A DNA stretch of 64,000 bases from Pristiophorus japonicus (Eukaryota): assembly GCF_044704955.1 (NCBI RefSeq), contig NC_091980.1, forward strand, positions 129,022,001 to 129,086,000, written 5' to 3'. Shown here piece by piece: positions 25,208 to 39,565 of this stretch. The notes under the pieces are model-generated. The model searched no databases. It saw only the letters and a list, made by a program, of their open reading frames with translations, and had not been told where the DNA came from. Position numbers and translations under genes: made by a program. Every line of letters starts with the position of its first letter. The first letter of the stretch is position 1.

Positions 25208-26884
25208 TCATCATCATCATAGGCAGTCCCTCAAAATCAAGGAAGACTTGCTTCCAATCTAAAAGTGAGTTCTCAGATGACTGAACTGTCCAATACAGGA
25301 ATTACAGTCTCTGTCACAGGTAGGACAGACAGTCGTTGGAGGAAAGGGTGGGTGGGACTGGTTTGCCGCACACTCCTTCCGCTGCCTGCGCTTGTTTTCT
25401 GCATGCTCTGGGCGATGAGACTCGAGGTGCTCAGCACCCACCCTGGATGCTCATCTTCCACTTAGGGCAGTCTTTGCCCAGGGACTCCCAGGTGTCGGTG
25501 GGAATGTTGCACTTTATCAAAGTGGCTTTGAGGGTGTCCTTGAAACATTTCCTCTGCCCACCTTCGGCTCGCTTGCAATGTAGGAGTTCCAAGTAGAGCG
25601 CTTCCTTTGGAAGTCTTGTGTCGGGCATGCGAACAATGTGGCCCGCAGAACAGAGCTGGTTGACTGTGGTCAGTGTTTCAATGCTGAGTATGTTGGCCTG
25701 ATCGCGAACACTAACGTTGGTGCGTCTGTCCTCCCAGGGAATTTGCAAGATCTTGCACAGACATCGTTGGTGGTATTTCTCCAGCGATTTGAGTTGTCTA
25801 CTGTATATGGTCCACGTCTCTGAGCCATACAGGAGGGCGGATATCACTACAGTCCTGTAGACTATAAGCTTGATGCCGGATTTGAGGGCATGATCTTCGA
25901 ACACTCTCTTCCTCAGGCCGCTGAAGGCTGCACTGGCGGTGTTGAACCTCGTCATCAATTTTTGCCCTTGCCGATAATAGGTTCCCGAGGTATGGAAATT
26001 GGTCCACGTTGTCCAGGGCCACACCGTGGATCTTGATGCCTGGGGGGCAGTGCTGTCTGGTGGGGTCAGGTTGGTGGAGGACCTTTCTCATCTCTCTCAT
26101 CTGGAAGGAGGAGAGCATGCTGGGAGATCTCAGACACGCAGTAATCGTGACCATCTTTAAAAAAGGGGACAAGTCCGACTGCGGCAACTACAGAGGAATC
26201 TCCCTGTTATCAACCACCGGGAAAGTCAGCGCTAGAATCCTCCTCAACCATCTTCTCGCTGTGGCTGAGGAGTTCCTCCCAGATTCACAGTGCAGATTCC
26301 ATCCACTATGGGGTACAATGGACATGATCTTTATGGCGCGACAACTGCAAGAGAAATACAGGGAACAGCACCAACCCTTGTACATGGAGACCTTAGAAAG
26401 TCCTTTGACACTGTTAACCTTGAGGGACTTTGGAGCATCCTCCTCCGTTTCGGCTGCCCCCAAAAGTTTGTTGCCATACTCCGCCTGCTCCACGACAACA
26501 TGCAAGCCGTGATCCTGACCAATGGATCCATCTTAGACCCAATCCACTTCCAGACCGGGGTCAATCAGGGCTGCGTCATTGCGCCAACCCTCTTCTCGAT
26601 CTTCCTCGCTGCAATGCTGCACCTCACATTCAATAAGCTCCCTGCAGGAGTGGAACTAAACTATCGAACCATTGGAAAGCTGTTCAACCTTCATCGCCTC
26701 CAGAACAGATCCAAGACCATCCCATCCTCTGTCGTCGAACGACAGTACGCGGATGACGCTTGCGTCCGCGCAAATTCAGAGGATGAACTCCAAGTCATCG
26801 TCAACATCTTCACCGAGGCGTTTGAAAGCATGGGCCTTATACTAAACACATGTAAGACAAAGATCCTCCACCAACCTGACACCC
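25208..26884. mobile_element. RTE LINE with 5' inversion
   Basis: 3' part on minus (25208-26084, (TGA)n tail) joined head-to-head to the upstream part on plus (26085-26884). Both segments end at KVLHQPD/KILHQPD. Confidence 0.88.
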
Positions 26885-27235
26885 TCAGTACTGCCCTCCG
26901 ACAGTGCAGCCCACCCTCAGTACAGCCCCGCCGACAGAGCAGCACTCCCTCAGTGCTGCCCACCGACAGTGCAGCCCACCCTCAGTACTCCCTCTCCGAC
27001 AGTGCAGTTTATCCCTCATTACTGCCCCACCGACAGTGTAGCACTCTCTCAGTACTGCCCCTCCGATAGCGCGGCGCTCCCTCAGTACTGTCTCTCCGAC
27101 AATGTGGCGCTCCCTCAGTACTGCCCCTCTGACAGTGCGGCTCTCCCTCAGTAGTGCCCCTCTGACAGTGCAGCGCTCCCTCAGCACTACCTCAGTACTG
27201 TCTCTCCGACAATGGAGCACTCCCTCAGTACTGCA
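26882..27235. repeat. ~32-bp minisatellite (ccctcagtactgccc[c]tccgacagtgcagcact), about 11 units
   Basis: Tandem units visible directly; derived from the SINE core. Confidence 0.9.
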
Positions 27236-27749
27236 CTGGGAGTGTCAGCCTGGAGTTGTGCTCAAATCTCTGGAGTGGGAATTGAACCCACGACCTTCGG
27301 ACTCCGAAACGAGAGAGTGCGACCCACCGAGTCAATCTGACTGATTGATAAAACTAAAAGCTCTCAGTCACCTTGTCCATCAATATCTATCTCAATCATT
27401 TGTAAATTCTCCACGTTATCTTCCTCCACGATCCCCAGACTCAACCCCCATGTTGATGCCTTGTGGCCTAGAGCCATTTAGTTTCTATTCCCACTGTCGA
27501 ATTCACTTCCCTTGTCTCATTCTCTTGCATTTCCCAAATTAAATGGAATTTTCCCACCCAGCAGCCCATGTATCTCGATATCTTTGTTTTTGTAGGTCTT
27601 CCTCTCCCCTATTATTAGATCCATGCAAGCTTTGAATGATGGGTAACTGTGTATGTGTGTTTTTTAATGTTTTAAATATCTGAGGAGACACCTTTTGCAT
27701 GAGTGTATTCTGTCTACTTTACATGTACTACGGTAATTGTGCAGTACAT

Positions 27750-30275
27750 TCTTACAGGGCTTGAGAGGATAGATACAGGGAGGATGTTTCCCCTGGCTGG
27801 GAGTCCAGAACAACGGGTCACAGTTTCAGAATAAGCAGTCAGCCATTTAGAACTGAGATGAGGAGAAACTTTTTCACTCAGAGGGTGGTGAATCTTTGGA
27901 ATTCTCTACCCCAGAGAGCTTTGAATGCTGGGCCATTGAATACATTTAAGGTGGAGATAGACAGATTTTTGAACGACAGTGGAGGCAAGGGTTATGGGGA
28001 ACAGGCAGGAAAGTGGAGTTGAGGCCAAGATCAGATCAGCTAAGATCTTATTGAATGGTGGAGCAGGCTCAAAAGGGCCAAATGGCCTACTCATGTTATT
28101 ATGTAAACCTCTCTGCCTCCTTTAAGACACTAAAATGTACCTGTAGTCCCACTGCCTCATGTGGCTGAACACACATGAACATTTTCAGCATTTCCGCATT
28201 GCAATGCAAGTTTGAAATGCATGGATAGAATTTTCAAGATAAACTTTAAATTGAAATTAAATCTTCAACATGTCTGAATTTTTATCTAGATTGATATTGT
28301 GCAATGAGAAGAGGTTGTGCGGGGTCCTTTAGGGAAGAGTGACCATAACATGATTGAAATCTTCATGAAGATGGAAAGTGAAGTAGTCCAATACAAAATG
28401 AGGGTCCTATATCTAAACAAAGGAAACTACGAAGGTATGAGGAATGAATTGGTGATGATAGATTAGTAAGATTAATTAGAAGTCATGATGGTGGATAGTC
28501 AATGGTTAACAGTAAAGGAACGAATGCATGAATTGCAACAGTTATACATTCCTTTCTGGCGCAAATACACAAAAGGAAAAGTGGCCCAACTATGGCTTAC
28601 AAAAGAAATTAAGGATAGTATTAGATTGAAAGAGGAGTCATACAAAGTTGCCAGAAAAAGTCGCAAGCCTAAGGATTCGGAGCAGTTTATAATTCAGCAA
28701 AAAAGGACCAAGAGATTGATTAAGAGGAAGAAAATAGAGTACGAGAGTAAACTTGCAAGGGACATAAAATCCGACGGCAAAAGTTTCGACAAGTACGTAA
28801 AAAGAAAAAGATTAGTGAAGACAAATATAGGTCCTTTACAGTCACATATGTGAGAATTTATAAAGGGGAACAAGGAAATGGCATAACAATTAAATAAAGA
28901 CTTTGGTTCTGTTTTCTATTCACGGAAGAGGACACAAATAACGTCCAAGAAATGCTCGCGAACCAAGGGTCTAGTAAGCAAGAGAAACTAAAGGAAATTA
29001 TTAATTTTTTTAAAAAGTGCTGGTGAAACTAATGGGACTGAAAGCCAATAAATCCCCAAGGCCTGATAATCTGCATCCCATAGTATAAAAGCAGTAGCCA
29101 TGGAAATAGTGGATGCATTGGTTATCATCTTCCAAATATATAGATTATGGAACAGTTCCTGCAGATTGGAGGAAAGCAATTGTAACCCCACTATTTAAAA
29201 AAGGAAGAGAGAAAACAGGGAACTACAGACTGGTTAACCTAATATCAGTAGTAGGGAAAATGCTAGAATCTATTATAAAGGATGTTATAACGGGACACAG
29301 AAAATATCAACAGACTTAGACAAAGTCAGCATGGATTTATGAAAGGAAAATAGTGTTTGACAATGCTACTGCAGTTTTTTGAGGATGTAACTGATAGAAT
29401 AGATAAGGGAGAACCAGTGGATGTAGTGTATTTGGATTTTCAGAAGGCCTTTGATAAAGTCCCTCATAAGAGGTTAGTGTGCATAATTGAAGCACACAGA
29501 ATTGTGGCCAATATACTGGCATGGATTGAAAATTGGTTAATTGATAGGAAACAGAGAGCAAGAATAAACAGGTCTTTTTCTGGGAGGCTGGCAGTGACTC
29601 GTGTGATAGAACAAGGATCAGTGCTTGGGCCCCAGCTATTCTATATAAATAGATGGTTTGGTTGAGGAAACAGTGTAATATTTCCAAGTTCAGGAGCAAG
29701 GAAGTCTTACTACAGTTATGCAGGGCCTTGGGGAGACCAGACCTGAGAGTATTGCATGCAGTTGGTCTACTTAATTAGAAAAGGGTACACTTGAATTAGC
29801 AGACATGCAGCAAGTGTTCACCAGACTGCTTCCTGGGCTGGCAGGACTGTCGTATGAAGAAAGATTGGGTCGATTAGACCTGTATTTACTAGCGTTTAAG
29901 AAGAAGAGAGGAGATCGGATCTAATTGAAATGTACAAAATTCTGACTGGGCTGGATAGCCTGGATGTGGGGAAAGCATGTTTCCCTTGGCTGGAAATTTT
30001 AGAACAAGTAGGCACAGGCTTAGGATACAGTGTAGGAAATTTAGGACTGATGAGAAAGTTGTTCAGAGGGTGGTGAAGCTGTTGAATGTGTGACCACAGA
30101 CAGCAGTGGAACCCAAGTCACTGAATATATTTTAAAAAAAGGAGATAGATAGATTTCTTGGGATAAAAGACATCGAGAGGTAGGGGGAGAAAGCAAGAAT
30201 ACAGTGTTGAAATAGATCAGCTGTGATATTGAATGAGTGCAGGCTCAAAAAAGCCAAATGGCCTGCTACTGCACC
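27750..30275 (+). mobile_element. Old degenerate CR1 pieces
   Basis: 3' fragment at 27750-28100 and ORF2 remnant at 28290-30275 ([14 protein letters not shown]). Confidence 0.85.
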
Positions 30276-30808
30276 CATGAATACACATGTCACAATATTG
30301 AAATTATCCCAGCAAAAAAAAAAAATTATAGGACTGCTCCTACTGGCAGAAGAACCACAGCTGACCTGAGGAAACACTTTTATGCAGTGAGTGGTTATAA
30401 TCTGGACTGCACTGCCTGAGAAGGGGGGGGGGCGGGGGGGAGGGGGTGGAGGCAGGTTCAATCATGGCTTTCAAAAAGGGAATTGGATAAGTACCCGAGG
30501 GAAAATATTTTGCAGGGCTAGGGGAGCAGGCTGAAGTGCTCTTGGAGAGCAGTCAGGTGCTCAACTGCCCAGGAGGCCAATCATTCTATGACCAAATCTT
30601 AGTGCAATACTTGCTGTAACCAAGTTATGGTAACTGAAAAAGCAGCAACCACAAACTTGCAAGGAGACAAAACCCAGTCCAGTATTGAACAGTTTATTTA
30701 CAGTTCATTACATTTCACAGAGCCCAGGTCTCAGCCTGTACAGTCACAAGCCATCATTCTCTGTAGGAATGAGTCTCACACACACAGACAATTATATAAA
30801 CGCAAACT

Positions 30809-33772
<2,964 letters not shown>

Positions 33773-33774
33773 CT

Positions 33775-34015
33775 GACTATTTTATTTTCTGAAGTAGAAA
33801 CTTTGTAGATGTAAGAAGGTAACATTTATTCAATCTCAAACTCCTGTATTAATACTGAGGGATAATCCAGGGTGTGGCAGTCATGCTGATGAGTGACAGT
33901 CATCAATACCCAATCAGAAGTTGCAGCCTCTCAGAGCACCAATCAAGTAAAGAAGGAGGTAAGATGGACTCCCAGGGCCAGTCACATCTTTGAAGAATGA
34001 GCACCATTGGCTGAC
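33775..34015 (-). promoter_or_regulatory. Ferritin Z promoter (TATTAAT box, CCAAT boxes)
   Basis: Homologous to the Y promoter and to 59550-59800. Confidence 0.6.
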
Positions 34016-34129
34016 AACTTAATGAGTATCTCAATTGTCCGAACTTTCCACAAACACAGTTCAAATATCCAGAGTCACAGGTTTAATTGGATCCTCTACT
34101 CTTTGAGCTAATTAATTGGAATTATTAAA

Positions 34130-34432
34130 TCAGCTATCGGAAACACTTAAACCATAAGTGCCCCTTTATAAGGGGGAATAAACTGTAAGATCCACATTAT
34201 GTCAAAACTAACATAAAAACTTTTCAATGTTACATTATTTCCTTGTATCCACGCTGCACTCCAGTCCCTCTGGTGCCCACCGGTCACGGAAAGCCTCAAG
34301 CATACCGGCAGACACCGCGTGCTCCCTCTCCAGGGACACACTGATACGGATATAGCCGCAGAAGAGAGGCAGGCAGACGGAGAGAAAACCCCATCGACCG
34401 TGCTCTGCCTGGACCAGTTAATGGCCACCTTG
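34130..34432 (-). mobile_element. Tx1-like 3' end upstream of ferritin Z
   Basis: KVAINWSRQ...CLPLFCGYIRISVSLEREHAVSAGMLEAFRDRWAPEGLEC. Confidence 0.7.
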
Positions 34433-35011
34433 AAAGATTCATTGAATCCTCTGTTGTTTGCGAGTGAGTGTCTTTTTAATAGTTCTGGATTGTTCAGTGG
34501 TTTGGTCATTTGCAGGTATCTGCGGATTTGAAGCAACATCCAAACAACTCATTGGATATTTGTCGATAGACTATGTTTAGAAATAGAGACAGAGAAGTCG
34601 AGGAAGGGAAGTGAAGTGACAGAGATGGACCATGTGAAGGTGAGTGAACGGTAGAAATTGTAAACATAGTGAATTAAATTTTCCAGTTTGTTGTGAGAGC
34701 AGGAAACAGCACCGATGTTATTCATGTGCTGGGAAAAGAGGTGAGGGACGGGCCATGGTGGAATTTTAATACAAGGATAAGAATCTTGAATTTGAGGCGC
34801 TGTCAGACCGGGAGCCAATGGTGGTCCACAAACACAGGGGTCATGGGTGAATGGGGCTAGGTGTGTGTTAGGATACGGGCAGCAGAGTTTTGGACAAGCT
34901 TAAATTTATGGAGCAAGTAAGGCTCGTAGGAGAGCATTGAAGTAGTCAATTCTAGAGATAAAAAGGCACAGATGAGGGTCAACTATTAGCTCAGTTCTGA
35001 GCTCAGAGCGA

Positions 35012-35775
35012 GAATGGTGACAGATTAGGAAAAGGGAAGGTGCAACGAGACCTGGGTGTCATGGTACATCAGTCATTGAAGGTTGGCATGCAGGTACAGC
35101 AGGCGGTTAAGAAAGCAAATGGCATGTTGGCCTTCATAGCGAGGGGATTTGAATACAGGGGCAGGGAGGTGTTGCTACAGTTGTACAGGGCCTTGGTGAG
35201 GCCACACCTGGAGTATTGTGTACAGTTTTGGTCTCCTAACTTGAGGAAGGACATTCTTGCTATTGAGGGAGTGCAGCGAAGGTTCACCAGACTGATTCCC
35301 GGGATGGCGGGACTGACCTATCAAGAAAGATTGGATCAATTGGGCTTGTATTCACTGGAGTTCAGAAGAATGAGAGGGGACCTCATAGAAACGTTTAAAA
35401 TTCTGACGGGTTTAGACAGGTTAGATGCAGAAAGAATGTTCCCAATGTTGGGGAAGTCCAGAACCAGGGGTCACAGTCTGAGGATAAGGGGTAAGCCATT
35501 TAGGACCGAGATGAGGAGAAACTTCTTCACCCAGAGAGTGGTGAACCTGTGGAATTCTCTACCACAGAAAGTAGTTGAGGCCAATTCACTAAATATATTC
35601 AAAAGGGAGTTAGATGAAGTCCTTACTACTCGGGGGATCAAGGGTTATGGCGAGAAAGCAGGAAGGGGGTACTGAAGTTTCATGTTCAGCCATGAACTCA
35701 TTGAATGGCGGTGCAGGCTAGAAGGGCTGAATGGCCTGCTCCTGCACCTATTTTCTATGTTTCTATGTTTCTATG
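35012..35775 (+). mobile_element. Young CR1 3' fragment
   Basis: Open 211-aa ORF2 C-terminus, (TTTCTATG)3 tail, gaatg at both junctions. Empty sites at ~7501 and ~60751. Confidence 0.93.
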
Positions 35776-36069
35776 AATGCCTGCAGCTGAAACACATCCC
35801 TGTGCAGCATGTTAAATTTATATAGTACCTTGGCTAGACAACACTTGGAGTATTGTGCACAGTTCTGATCTCCATAGAATTAATAATCTAAGAGACTTCA
35901 AATGAAATTTCCTTACTCAGTGTTTAGAATGTTTAACTCGTCATCGAAAGGAATAGATGAGGCCAAACGCACAGATGCGTTTAAGGGGAAACTGGATAAA
36001 CACGTGAGGGAGCACGGATTGGAAGGATATGCTGATACGATTAAATGAAGTTGGGAACAGGCTCAGTGT

Positions 36070-36183
36070 GTGAAGTCAAGTCCTCTCTGTACTTCGCTCT
36101 CAATTGAAAGAATATTAAGTCGATCTTGTCCCATCCTTGATTCGTTTTACGTTCGAGAAGGACCGCTCACCACTGCAATTTGC
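36070..36183 (-). mobile_element. hAT transposase fragment (unit 2 copy, internally deleted)
   Basis: ANCSGERSFSNVKRIKD...; homologous to 7801-7940. Confidence 0.7.
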
Positions 36184-36414
36184 CAGGCTGAATGGCCTTT
36201 TTCTGTGCTGTAAATTCTATGTAGTTCTTAAAACATGGGCACCTGTAAAGTTTTTCACGTCGATTGACCTGAAGAATTTGTTTTGTCTGAAACATGAAGC
36301 CGTCAAATTCATCAGCACGCAAACCGAACCTGACTTGCAGAATTGTGAGTCATCAACGTATGAATTGTGGTGACATCGATACTCCAAAAGTGCCATTGAG
36401 AGATGCAAAGAGTA

Positions 36415-39400
36415 CGGTAACATAGTGGTTATGTTACTGGATGAGTAATTCATAGGCCTGGACGAATGATCCAAAGTCCCACCACGGCAGCTGGGGAATT
36501 TAATTTCAGTAAATTAAATTAAAATCTGGAATAAAAAGCTAGTATCAGTAATGTTGCCCAGGGAGCTATCGGATTGTCGTAAAAACCCATCTGCTTCACT
36601 AATGTCCTGAGGGAAGGAAATATGCAGTCCTTACCTGGTCTGGCCTGTATGCGACTTCAAACCCACAGCAATGTGGTTGAGTCTTAACTGCCCTCCGAAA
36701 TGGCCTAGCAAGTCAGTCAGTTATAACAAACCGCTACGAGAAACATTAAGAACAAAACAGGACAGACCACCCGGCATCGACCTCGGCACTGACCTCTGAC
36801 ATGACAATGGTACACCCAGCCCAGTCAATAATGCAAAGTCCTCCTCACTAACATCTGGAATCTTGTGGCAAACTGGGGAGAGCTGCCCCACAGGTTAGTC
36901 AAGCAACAACCCGACATAGTCATAATCACAGAATCATACCTTCCAGCCAATATCCCAGACTCCTCCATCACCATCCCTGCGTATGTCCTGTCCCACCGGA
37001 ATGGCAGACCCACCAGAGGTGGTGACACAGTGGTATACAGTCGGGAGGGAGTAGAGGTTGGTGTCCTCAACATTAATTATGGACCCGATCAAGTCCCATG
37101 GGTTCAGTTCAAGCTTGGGCATGGAAACCTCCTGCTGATTACCACCTACCACCCTCCCTCAGCTGATGAATCAGTACTCCTCCATGTCGAAGGCCACTTG
37201 GAAGAAGCACTCATAGTAGCAATGGACTTCAATGTCAATGACCAAGGGTGGTTCGGTAGCACTGACCAAGCGGGCTGAGTCCTGAAGAAAATAGCTACCA
37301 GATTGGGCTTGTGACTGATGGTGAGAGAACCAACATAAGGGAAAATCCTGCTTGACCACATCCTTACCAATCTACGAGCCATAGATTCATCTGTCCATAA
37401 CAGCATTGATAGCAGTGACCACCATACAATCCTTTTGAGGCGAAGTCTTGTCTTCACACTGAGGACACCCTCCTTCGTGGTGAGTAGGTCGACCAGAGTG
37501 TTAAATGCAATAGATTCAAAACAGATCTAGCAGCTCAAAACTGGGCATCCATGAGACACTGTGGGCCATCAGCAGCCGCAGAATTGTATTGAACCACAAT
37601 CTGTAACCTCATGGTCCGGCGTATCGTTCACTCATTACCATCAAGCCAAGGGACCAAACCTGGTTCAATGAAGAGTGCAAAGAGAATGTCTGGCACAATA
37701 CCAGGCACAACTAAAAATGAGCTGTCAATTGGGGAAGCTGCAACTCAGGACTACATGTAAGCTAAACAGTGGAGCTAACGTGCTACAATCAGATCTAAGC
37801 AATTCCACAATCAACGGATCAGATCAAATCTCTGCAGTCCGGCCACATCCAGTCATGAATGGTGGTGGACAATTAAAAAACAAATAGAAGGTGGAGGCTC
37901 CTTGAATAACCCCATCCTCAATGATGGCGGAGCCCAGCACGCGAGTGGAAAAGACAAGGCCGAAGTATTTACAACCATCTTAAACCAGTAGTGTCTCATG
38001 GATGAAATTCTTGGCCTCCTCCTGAAGTGCCCACCACCACATAAGCTAGTCTTCATCCAATTCAATTCACTTCACATGATATCAAGAAACAGCTGAGTGC
38101 ACTGGATACTGTAAAGGCAATTGGCCCCAACATCATCCTAGCTGTCTTATGCTCCAGAACTAGCTGCGTCTCTAGCCCAGCTGTTCCAGTACAGAGACAC
38201 TGGCATCTACCCGACAATGTGAAAAACTGCCCAGGTATGTCCTGCCAGGAAAAGCAGGACAAATCCATTCCGGCCAATTACCACCCCATCAGTCTACTCT
38301 CAATCATCAGCAAAGTAATGGAAGATGTTGTCGACAATATGCTCACTGATGTCCAGTTTGGGTTGCGCCAGGACCACTCGGCTCCTGATCTCATTGCAGC
38401 CTTGGTCAAAACATGTACAAAGGATCTGAATTCCAGGTGAGGTGAGAGTGACTGCCTTTGACAGCAAGGCAGCATCTGACTGAGTGCGGAATCAGGTAGC
38501 CCTAGTAAAATTGAAGTCAATGCGAGTATAGAAAACTCTCCACTAGCTGGACTCATATCTAGCAGAAAGGAAGATGGTTGTTGGAGGTCAATAATCTCAA
38601 CCCCAAGACATCGCTGCAAGAATTCCTCAAGGCAGTGTCCTTGGCCCAACTATCTTAAGCTGCTTCATGAATGACCTTCCCTCCATCATAAAGGTCAGAA
38701 GTGGGGATGTTTGCTGATGATTACACAGTGGTCAGTTCCATTTGCAACACATCAGAAAATGAAGCAGTCCATGCCCACATGCAGCAAGACCTAGATGACA
38801 TTCAGTGTGGGGCTGATAATGGGCAAGTAACAATGGCACCACACAAGTGACAGGCAATGGCTATCTGCAACAAGTGAAAGTCTAACACCTGTCCTTAACA
38901 ATCACTGTCGTTGAATTCCCCAGCATTAACCCCTGGGGCTCACCGCTGATCAGAAACTTAACTAGCTCAGCCGCATAAAATACTGTGGTAATAAGAGTGG
39001 GCCAGAGTCTGAGTATTCTGCGCTGAGTGTCTCACCTCCTGACACCCTAAAGCCTTTCCACCATCTACAAGGTGCAAGTCAGGAGTATGGTGGCATACTC
39101 TCCACTTGCCTAGATGAGTGCAGCTTCAACTCTCATCAAGAAGCTCGACACCATCTCGGACAAAGCAGCCCGCTTGATTGGCTCCCCATCCACCACCTTC
39201 AACATTCACTGCTTCCACCACCGGTGCACCATGGCTGCAGTGTGTACCATCGACAAGATGCACTGCAGCAACTCGCCAAGGCTTTTTCAGCAGCACTTGC
39301 CAACTCATGAGCTCTAGCAATTAGAAGGATAAGAGCAGCAGAAGTTTGGGAACACTATCACCTGCAAGTTCCCCTCCAAGTTACACACCAACCTGACATG

Positions 39401-39565
39401 GAAATATATCACCATTCCTTTTTCGGCACTGCGGCAAAATCCAGGAACTCCCTCCTAACAGCACTGTGGGAGTACCTTCAACACAAGACTGCAGCAGTTC
39501 AAGAAGATGGCTGACCAGCACCTTATCAAGGGCAATTAAGGACGGGCAATAAATACTGGCCTTGA
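36415..39565 (+). mobile_element. Paralogous copy of the degenerate CR1/L2-group LINE
   Basis: Collinear with 8175-11620, lacks the nested RTE, and retains ~400 bp (38970-39355) deleted in unit 1. Confidence 0.8.

Larger units (their letters stand above)
24830..27335 (-). mobile_element. tRNA-derived DeuSINE-like element split by an RTE, with expanded internal minisatellite
   Basis: tRNA-like head at ~27245-27335 (B box gggttcaattcc on minus), cagtactgagggagtgc core, body and tail at 24830-25207. Confidence 0.7.

Noticed and set aside
26882-27235. CRISPR-like regular repeats
   Set aside because: Head-to-tail minisatellite with no unique spacers, no cas genes, and a vertebrate context.
27245-27335. 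tRNA gene
   Set aside because: Degenerate tRNA-derived SINE head contiguous with the SINE body; no full cloverleaf.
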